DNA of 64,000 bases, from NCBI RefSeq assembly GCF_006345805.1, contig NC_043003.1, positions 103,664,001 to 103,728,000 of the forward strand. Reading direction: 5' to 3'. Below the pieces are notes generated by a model, which was given only the letters and a program-made list of their open reading frames with translations, was not told where the DNA came from and did not search any database. Shown in pieces: positions 54,288 to 64,000 of this stretch (position 1 is the first letter of the stretch; each line of letters opens with the position of its first letter). The position numbers and the translations under genes are program-made. Source of the DNA: Octopus sinensis. Its lineage: Eukaryota.

Positions 54288-55652
54288 TAGTGGGGGTGGG
54301 TGCGCTGAAAGTGTAACTGCTAGAATAAGAATAGCCTGGGCAAAGTTTAGGGAGCTCTTACCTCTGCTGGTGACTAAAGGCCTCTCGCTCAGAGTAAAAG
54401 GCAGACTGTATGATGCGTGTGTACGAACAGCCATGCTACATGGCAGCGAAACATGGGCTGTGACTGCTGAGGACATGCGTAAGCTCGTGAGGAATGAAGC
54501 CAGTATGCTCCGATGGATGTGTAATGTCAGTGTACATACTCGACAGAGCGTTAGCACCTTGAGAGAAATGTTGTACCTAAGAAGCATCAGTTGTGGTGTG
54601 CAAGAGAGACGATTGCGCTGGTATGGTCATGTGGCGAGAATGGATGAAGATAGGTGTGTGAGAAAGTGCCAATCCCTAGCAGTTGAGGGAACCCGTGGAA
54701 GAGGTAGACCCAGGAAAACCTGGGACGAGGTGGTGAAGCACGACCTTCGAACTTTAGGCCTACTGAGGAAATGACCAGAGACCGAGACCTTTGGAAATAT
54801 TCTGTACGTGAGAAGACCAGGCAGGACAAGTGAGCCCAGCCCACTTATGAATGCCTTTCCTCCCTTGGACACAAAGACCGGTTGAGGCAAGCGAAGTCGA
54901 TATAGAACCTCATCCGACGACAGACACCCATCCCAACCCCCCATGCTTGCGAAGACATGTTGGGGCAAGCGAAATCGAAATCGAAATCGAAACCGAATTG
55001 AACCAGCCAGGATCCCTGGCCTGGTGGTACGTAAAAAGCACTATCCGACTCGGGGCCGTGGCACGTAAAATACTCCAATGCGACCGTACGACAGGCACCC
55101 ATGCCAACCCCCTTTGCTTGTGAAGACATGTTGGGGCAAGCGAAATCGAAATCGAAATCGAATTGAACCAGCCAGGATCCCTGGTCTGGTGGTACGTAAA
55201 AAGCACTATCCGACTCGTGGCCGTGGCACGTAAAATACTCCAATGCGACCGTACGACAGGCACCCTTGCCAACCCCCTTTGCTTGTGAAGACATGTTGGG
55301 GCAAGCGAAATCGAAATCGAATTGAACCAGCCAGGATCCCTGGTCTGGTGGTACGTAAAAAGCACTATCCGACTCGTGGCCGATGCCAGCACCGCCTCGA
55401 CTGGCTTCCGTGCCGGTGGCACATAAAATACACCAATCTGACCGTGGCCGTTGCCAGCCCCGCCTGGCACCTGTGCAGGTGGCACGTAAAAGCACCCACT
55501 ACACTCACGGAGTGGTTGGCGTTAGGAAGGGCATCCAGCTGTAGAAACATTGCCAAATTAGACTGGAGCCTGGTGCAGCCTTCTGGCTTCCCAGAACCCC
55601 GGTCGAACCGTCCAACCCATGCTAGCATGGAGAACGGACGTTAAACGACGAT
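54288..55652 (+). mobile_element. 5'-truncated RTE LINE with an expanded 3' UTR
   Basis: [25 protein letters not shown]...GRPRKTW; ~165-171-bp UTR repeats. Confidence 0.92.
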
Positions 55653-55891
55653 ATGTATATATATATTTATATGTATTTTTATTTATTTATTTATCTAGTT
55701 TCAGCTCACAAGCTGTGGCCATGCTAGGGCACTGCCATTAGAATATTGAATATGTATATTTATATATATATATTATATGTATATATATATATATATATTA
55801 TATATATTTATATTTATATGTATATATATTTATATTTATATGTATTATGTATATATATTTATATTTATATGTATATATATATTTCTATATG

Positions 55892-55947
<56 letters not shown>

Positions 55948-55978
55948 TATTTATATTTATATGTATATATATATTTAT

Positions 55979-56685
55979 AGGCGGCTGACCGGATTGATTC
56001 TCAGAACCTTCAGAACAAGAGACCAGGAAACCATGATGGTCCTCTGGAGGACACTTGTCCTAAGCCACTTTGACTATTGCTTTCAGCTATGGTCAACATC
56101 CAGTGTCAAGTTAATCACAGAACTTGAGGCGATCCAACGAAGCTACACAAAGAAGATAGCCTCTATGCAGCATATAAGCTATTGGGAAAGACTCAAGAGA
56201 TTGAGACTCTATTCCTTAGAGCGTAGGCGAGAAAGATATGCCATAATATACATCTGGAAGATCCTAGAAGGACTTGTCCCAAACTTTGGCAGCGAGAGTT
56301 ACACAATGCCAGAACTGGGCACCACTGCATAGTGCCAAGGACTCCAAATTTGCCATCAAGATGTAGGACAAGATACTGTGATAGCCTGGGCTTCCGAGGC
56401 CCACAGCTCTTCAATATCCTCCCGAAGAACCTAAGAGACCTGCATGGGGTGGATGCAGATGTCTTTAAAATGAAACTGGATCTCTTCTTGTCAGGTATCC
56501 CAGATGAACCAACTTCACGGCAGGAGGTGCAGATGAGGGCAGCTGCATCAAACTCTCTCATGCACCAAATGGCAATTGCTAAAAAGCATTCGTGAAGTAA
56601 AATCATGTAGCAACACCAAATGGCGGTGCCCCAGCATGGCCACAGATAGTGAGCTGAAACTAGATAAATAAATAAAAAAAAAAAA
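55979..56685 (+). mobile_element. CR1-group LINE 3' end
   Basis: [10 protein letters not shown]...[10 protein letters not shown]...RRRERYAII; tail CTGAAACTAGATAAATAAAT(A)n. Confidence 0.88.
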
Positions 56686-56750
56686 GAAATATATATATAT
56701 ATGTATATATATATATTTATGTATATATATATTTATATGTATATATATAT

Positions 56751-58355
56751 GAATCTGGAACACCACGTGACCATATTTCCTATGGGTGATTTCAACTTCC
56801 CCAACGTCAAATGGCCCGAAGGTCTCATACTCTCAGGAATGAATCATTGCAAGCAAGCACAAGTGGAGTCCCTGCTCAACGTCACCAATGCCTTATTCAT
56901 GGAGCAAGTTGTACTTACGCCAACTAGGGCGAATAACATTCTGGATCTCTGCTTCACGAACAATATGGACATCATTCATGATGTGAAAGTGACACCGACA
57001 TCAGTTTCGGATCACAACATAATAGAGCTGTCTATGTTTGGGCCAAAAGTAACCAGAGACATACAGCCTAAAGGAAGCACCCGGAATCTCTCCAATCTGA
57101 ACTTCCACAAAGCAGATTGGAAATCAATCCAAAAAGAGATCCTCAGAGAAGACTGGCCGGAATGTCTCTCCACACCAGACACTGACATGAAACTAGAATG
57201 TTTCATGTCTTCTGTGCAAGCCGTATGCCAGAAATATGTCCCAGAGCACAAGGCCAAAACAAATAGGAGCAACATTCCAAGAGACAGGAAGATCCTCATG
57301 AGACGACGGACGAAGGTTGCAAATCGTCTCAACCAACATCCCAAAAGTAGCGAAACGTCCCGCCTAAAAACAACACTGATGGAGATCGAAAAAAGGCTGC
57401 AACAATCTAATGTGAAGGAGAAAGCAGACAAAGAAGCCTGGGTTATAAAAAAACATTAAATCAAACCCAAAGGCCTTTTTTCATTACGTGAAAGAAACAG
57501 TCTCAGTGCACTAAAGGATGGCTCCTTCACAGACAGTCCAACTAAGATCAGTGAGATGCTGAATGACCAGTTCAAAAGTGTCTTTACCACCCCGTTGGAA
57601 CACAGACAAGTGAACGAACCAGTGGACTTCTTTGCCGCCTCACCTATAACCAGCGAGGCAGTTACAATAGAATGTATTGACATTAGTGAAAAAGATGTCC
57701 TACTAGCCATAGATGAAGTGGACACAAACTCAGCTGCTGGTCCAGATGGTTTCCCAGCCATCCTCCTCAAAGCGTGTAAGCATGCCCTGACAAAACCCCT
57801 CAAGATTCTCTTCCAGAGCTTTCTTGCGAATGGCAAACTGCCAAGCAAGCTGAAGGAGGGAATAATATGCCCAATACATAAAGGGGAAAGTAGAGCAGAT
57901 GCCAAAAACTATAGGCCTATCTCTCTGACTTCACACATCAGCAAAGTCATGGAAAGGATAGTCAGAAAGAAACTAATCGCATTCCTTGAGGAAAATAACT
58001 TGCTGAGTGATACCCAGCATGGTTTTCAACCAGGTAGGAGCTGCCTGACCCAGCTCTTACAGCATTATGACTGGGTGTTGAGGCAGTTACTCAACAAATC
58101 AAATGTGGACGTAATCTACCTTGATTTTGCAAAAGCTTTTGACAAGGTGGATCATGGTATGATATGCCACAAACTGCGTGACCTCGGCATAGCTGGAAAA
58201 CTTGGAGTGTGGTTGCATGACTTCCTGAAAGATAGGAGTCAGGCAGTAGTGGTTAATGGAGCCACCTCTATGAACACACAAATAGTGAGCGGTATTCCAC
58301 AGGGCACTGTCTTGGGACCACTGCTTTTTATAGTGGCCCTCTCAGATATGCCCTC
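56751..58355 (+). mobile_element. CR1-group LINE, AP endonuclease C-terminus through RT, frameshifted, 3' interrupted
   Basis: [57 protein letters not shown]. Confidence 0.92.
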
Positions 58356-58709
58356 AAATGCCCGACTCGCATTTTTTCGGTATAAATTCATCAGATTCAA
58401 CAACATCGTCTGGCAATTTTATGGCGGTGTCATTTACAGCTCAATTCAATACATCGCTGTTAAATTCGGGCCTGTTTCTTTTAATTATGAAGAGTAAATT
58501 ACATTTCATTAACAATAATAAAGAAATTCAAAGACATGAAAACTCTGCCACCATTTTATCTCATAATTTTGGAAAATTTTTTGAAATCTTGAAAAAGGAA
58601 CATTCAAGAAAATGAAATTATCAAACACTTGGTCACTGATGCAGAAATTGCACATCGCAAGCAAAGAGGAATATTTGATCCTTTCACCCACACAATTTTT
58701 TTCACTAAA

Positions 58710-59516
58710 TTTTATATAAATACCTTTGAAACGGTATTTGTGGGGAAAATCTTTTCTGAAGGGGTGGCGAGAGGCCTTAGGAAAATTCACAAGATCTGAT
58801 GTTATTCCCTCTTAACTTTTAGGAAAAAGGGTTCTTTTCAATGAAATTTTATATAAATACCTTTCAAACGGTATTTGTAGAGAAAATCTTTTCTGAAGGG
58901 GTGGGGAAAGGCCTTCAGAAAATTCACAAGATCCAATGTTATTCCCTCATAACTTTCAGGAAAAGGGGTTCTTTTCAATGGAATTTTATATAAATACCTT
59001 TCAAACAGTATTTGTGGAGAAAATCTTTTCTGAAGGGGTGGGGAGAAGCCTTCAGAAAATTCACAAGATCCAATGTTATTCCCTCATAACTTTCAGGAAA
59101 AGGGGTTCTTTTCAATGGAATTTTATATAAATACCTTTCAAACAGTATTTGTGGAGAAAATCTTTTCTGAAGGGGTGGGGAGAAGCCTTCAGAAAATTCA
59201 CAAGATCCAATGTTATTCCCTCATAACTTTCAGGAAAAGGGGTTCTTTTCAATGGAATTTTATATAAATACCTTTCAAACAGTATTTGTGGAGAAAATCT
59301 TTTCTGAAGGGGTGGGGAGAAGCCTTCAGAAAATTCACAAGATCCAATGTTATTCCCTCATAACTTTCAGGAAAAGGGGTTCTTTTCAATGGAATTTTAT
59401 ATAAATACCTTTCAAACAGTATTTGTGGAGAAAATCTTTTCTGAAGGGGTGGGGAGAAGCCTTCAGAAAATTCACAAGATCCAATGTTATTCCCTCATAA
59501 CTTTTAGGAAAAAGGG
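58710..59516. repeat. 137-bp tandem repeat (~6 units)
   Basis: Identical short ORFs recur at 58936, 59073, 59210 and 59347. Confidence 0.95.
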
Positions 59517-59729
59517 TTTGAAAAACTATGGAAATAATATTTTTTAAAAACATTTCATTTAATTTGTCCACAATTTAATTGTTCTTCATACTTTACTCTA
59601 AGTTGAGGAAGTTACAATGACTGAAACATTACTAAAATGGTCTTCATCATAAAATTATTTTAACGTTTTCTCTTATTTTCCTTTATATATATATATATAT
59701 AATCTTTTACCTTCTATCTTTTTCTGGTT

Positions 59730-60300
59730 CCCGCCCAGGGTTGAGGGCAGGTTGGTGCACCACCTGCAGTTACTCGGTGCTGTTTCTGATATTGTGTTTG
59801 GTGAACGATTTGGATGCAGCTGCACCTCTTTGCATCTCCTGCCAGATGTTCCTTGCAAACTTCCACATCAACACCAAGTAGATCTCTAAGTTTTCCTGGG
59901 AGGATGTTGAACAATTGCAGGCCCCTGAAACCCAGACTATTGCAGTACTGTGTCCTTATTTTAGATGCGGAAGACGGGATCTTTGGTATGATGCAATACT
60001 GTCCAGTTCAAGGATTGATGTAGCTGTCAATTTCAAAATAGGGAGCTAAACCCTCCAAAATCTTCCATATCTATATCACTGCATATGTCTCTTGTCTTCT
60101 CTCCAGGGAGTATTATTTTAGCCTCTTCCAGTAGCCAATCTTTTGCATCAAATCAGTCTTCTTTGTGTATTGGCACTGGATCATTTCAAGTTCCACAGTT
60201 TGTTTCACACACTCTGTGGACCATAGCAGGGAAGAATAGTCCAAGTGGCTGAGAGCAGCAGGAGATGCAGAGAAGAGCAACCCTGTCCAACTTGCTACTT
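59730..60300 (-). mobile_element. Older, decayed CR1-group LINE 3' fragment
   Basis: GFRGLQLFNILPGKLRDL, homologous to the 27.5 and 56.3 kb copies. Confidence 0.75.
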
Positions 60301-60432
60301 CACCAAAAACAATATTGAAACAACACTGAGTAACTGCAGCCGGTGCATCAGTATGACCTCAGCCCTGGGTTGAAACCAGTAACAGATAAAAGATATATGT
60401 ATACATACATGCATATATACACACACACATAT

Positions 60433-62004
60433 ATCATCATCATAATTTAACGTCCGTTTTCCTTGCTAGTATGGGTTGGACAGTTCAACCGGGGTCTGGG
60501 AAGCCATGGAGGCTGCGCTAAGGTCTAGTCTGATTTGGCAGTGTTTCTACAGCTGGATGCCCTTCCTAACGCCAACCACTCCGTGAGTGGAGTGAGTGCT
60601 TTATACGTGCCACTGGCACAGAAGCCAGTCAAGGCGGCGCTGGCATCGGCCACATTCGGATGGTGCTTTTTACGTGCCACTGGCACAGGTATCACAACTA
60701 CAATTTCCATTTGATATTTATTTTGATGTTGATGTACTTGACTCAATAGGTCTCCTCAAGCACAGCAGGTAACCCCTACGATCCAAGGTAAGTACAGCAG
60801 GTCGTTCTGCAATCCAAGGTACTTCAGATGAGCTGGGGCTATGCGAAACTGGTGCAGGAAGCAGCCATGAACTCACATTATTTGTCGGGTCTTTGCAGTA
60901 ACAGCATATCTCCAGAGATCTCGGTCTTTCGTCATTGCCTCTGTGAGGCCCAACGTTCGAAGGTCATGCTTGACTACCTCATCCCATGTCTTCCTGGGTC
61001 TACCTCTCCCCCGGATACCTTCAACTGTGTAGGAGTGGCACTTCTTCACACATCTCTCCTCATCCATCCGCAGTACATGACCATACCAGCGCAAATGTCT
61101 CTCTTGCACATCACATCTGATGCTTCTTATGTCCAGCATTTCTCTCAGGGTGCTTACACTCTGTTGTGTGTGCACACTAACATTACACATCCAGCGGATC
61201 ATGCTAGCTTCATTTCTTTCAAGCTTACGCATGTCCTCTGCAGTCACAGCCCATGTTTCACTACTGTGAAGCATGGCAGTTCACACACATCCATCGTACA
61301 ATCTACCTTTCACTCTGAGCGAGAGACCCATTGTTACAGGTAGGGGTAAAAGCTTTCTGAACTTTGCCCAGGCTATTCGTATTCTAGTGGTGACACTCTC
61401 TGAGCATCAACCTCCACTACTAACTTGGTCACCTAGGTAGCGGAAGCTATCAACTACTTCTAGTTTCTCCCTCTGGAGTGTGATGGAATCTGTTTTCTGC
61501 CACACACGAAAGCTATCTTCTCGGTTGACTTTCCTTTGATGTTGCTGCACCTCTTATGCGTCTATAGCTTACACTGGGTACATCTTATGGAGTTTCTACC
61601 TCCACCTTTTCTACAGATCGAGCAGGGCCACCTGCCCGAGGATGTGTGTGATGAGTTCGCCTTTCTGCTTACTATAACTTTGGTCTTTGCTACATTTACT
61701 CAAAGGCCCTTTGATTCTAAACCTAGCTTCCACACCCGAAATTTGTTTTCTAGTTCTGGTAGTGATTCTGCTATGAGGGCCAGGTCATCAGCATAGAAGA
61801 GCTCCCAGGGGCAACCTGTCTTGAATTCTTCTGTTATTGCCTGGAGGACTATGATGAATAGAAGGGGACTGAACCTTGGTGGACCCCTACTTCTACCTGG
61901 AATTCTTCACTATACTCATTGCCAATCCTAACCTTACTAACAGCCTCTCTGTATAGGGCCTGTACAGCCCTTATTAACCATTTGTCAATCTCCAGTTTCC
62001 GCAT
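60433..62004 (-). mobile_element. 5'-truncated RTE LINE (decayed RT)
   Basis: Tail, UTR, SETWAVT...GRPRKTW and a YADD region. Confidence 0.9.
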
Positions 62005-62010
62005 ATATAT

Positions 62011-64000
62011 ATCATCATCATCATCATCGTTTAACGTCCGTTCTCCATGCTAGCATGGGTTGGACGGTTCGACCGGGGATCTGGGAAGCCAGAAGGCTGC
62101 ACCAGGCTCCGGTTTATCTGGCAAAGTTTCTACAGCTGGATGCCCTTCCTAACGCCAACCACTCCGTGAGTGTAGTAGGTGCTTTTTACGTGCCACCTGC
62201 GCTGGTGCCAGGCGAGGCTGGCATCGGCCACGGTCGGATTGGTGCATTTTATGGAAGCCAGTCAAGGCGGCACTGGCTTCGGCTATGATTCGGATGGTGC
62301 TTTTTACGTACCACCGACACGGAAGCCAGTCGAGGCGGCGCTGGCATCCACCACAATTCGGATGGTGCATTTTATGGAAGCCAGTCGAGGCGGCACTGGC
62401 TTTGGCTACGATTCGGATGGTGCTTTTTACGTGCCACCGACACGGAAGCCAGTCGAGGCGGCGCTGGCATCGGCCACAATTCGGATAGTGCTTTTTACGT
62501 ACCTCCAGTCCCAGGGCCCTGGCATTTGCCAGGTGCTAGTCATAGGATTGGTTCAATTTCGATTTCGATTTCACTTGCCCCAACAGGTCTTCGCAAGCAA
62601 GGGGGGTTGCCATAGGTGCCTGTCGTCGGATGAGGTTCGATATCGACTTCGCTTGCCTCAACAGGTCTTTGTGTGTCGATATCGACTTCACTTGCCTCAA
62701 CAGGTCTTTGTGTGTCCAAGGGAGGGAAAGGCATGCATAAGTGGGCTGGACTAACTTGTCCTGCCTGGTCTTCTCACGCACAGCATATTTCCAAAGGTCT
62801 CGGTCGCTGGTCATTTCCTCAGTGAGACCGAAGGTTCGAAGGTCGTGCTTCACCACCTCGTCCCAGGTTTTCCTGGGTCTACCTCTTCCATGGGTTCCCT
62901 CAACTGCTAGGGATTGGCACTTTTCACACGCCTATCTTCATCCATTCTTGCCACATGACCATACCAGTGCAATCGTCTCTCTTGCACACCACAACTGATG
63001 CTTCTTAGGTCCAACATTTCTCTCAGGGTACTAACGCTCTGTCGAGTATGAACACTGACATTACACATCCATCAGAGCATACTGGCTTCATTTCTCGCGA
63101 GCTTACACATGTCCTCAGCAGTCACGGCCCATGTTTCACTGCCATGTAGCATGGCTGTTCGTACACATGCATCATACAGTCTGCCTTTTACTCTGAGCGA
63201 GAGGCCTTTAGTCGCCAGCAGAGGTAAGAGCTCCCTAAACTTTGCCCAGGCTATTTTTACTCTAGCAGTTACACTTTCAATGCACCCACCCCCACTACTG
63301 ACTTGGTCACCTAGATAATGGAAGCTATCAACTACTTCTAGTTTTTCTGCCTGGAAAGTGACGGAAGTTGTTTTCTGCAGATTTTCAGAGATTATTGCTC
63401 CTGAGCATCTGCCACATACAAAAACTATCTTCCCAGTTAGCCTTCCTTTGACATTGCTGCACCTCTTATGTGTCCATAGCTTACACTGGGTGCATCTTAT
63501 AGAGTTTCTACCTACACCTTTTCTACAGATCGAGCAGGGCCATCTTCCTGAAGACATTTGTGGATTGTCTACCTTCCTACTTATTAGTACTTTGGTTTTA
63601 GCTAGGTTGACTCTGAGGCCCTTCGATTCTAGACCCTCCTTCCACACCCGGAACTTCTCCTCCAGTTCTGACAGTGACTCAGCAATTAGAGCAAGGTCGT
63701 CAGCATATAGGAGCTCCCAGGGGCAACCTGTCTTGAATTCCTCCATAATTGCCTGATAAATAGGAAGGGGCTGAGTACTGAACCCTGGTGGACCCCAACC
63801 TCTACTTTGAATTCTTCTGTGTACATGTTGCCAACCCTTACCTTACTTACGGCATCCCTGTACATGGCTTGCACAGCCCTCACCAGCCATTCATCTATCC
63901 CTAGTTTCCTCATTGACCACCAGATACAGGGGCTTATCTTTGACTAGGTATTTCTCCTGCAGCTGTCTCACCAGAAATATGGCATCAGTGGTGCTTTTCC
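62011..64000 (-). mobile_element. RTE LINE, RT domain through tail, runs off the window end
   Basis: GVHQGSVLSP, LLYADDL, GLRVN..KTK, PHD-like insert, FHYLG, (GAT)n tail. Confidence 0.93.

Noticed and set aside
58710-59516. Regular array resembling CRISPR, with repeated 64-aa ORFs
   Set aside because: Whole units are identical with no unique spacers; eukaryotic context and no cas genes.

Overview
Repeat-dominated eukaryotic DNA with no recognisable host protein-coding gene. The (TA)n/(TATG)n/(GATA)n load, tRNA-headed SINEs and RTE/CR1-type LINEs resemble an Octopus (coleoid cephalopod) genome; this is an inference. Contents: a Tc1 copy, a full-length decayed mariner, hAT/MULE/Helitron non-autonomous elements, RTE, CR1-like, Tx1/L1 and R4/Dong LINE fragments, three Penelope-like (PLE) GIY-YIG remnants, many SINEs and one 100-N gap. 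The most interesting signal is a set of unrelated short elements (10.7, 11.6, 25.7, 26.3 and 40.0 kb) built as tandem and/or 5'-inverted duplications. Each carries a type I hammerhead-ribozyme-like motif. One family has a fully canonical core in two copies. The others carry atypical cores, including an apparent natural G3:C8 swap of the C3-G8 pair. Ribozymes in PLEs are known in general; the specific variants here are untested. Boundaries were read by eye; many are accurate only to about 10-20 nt.
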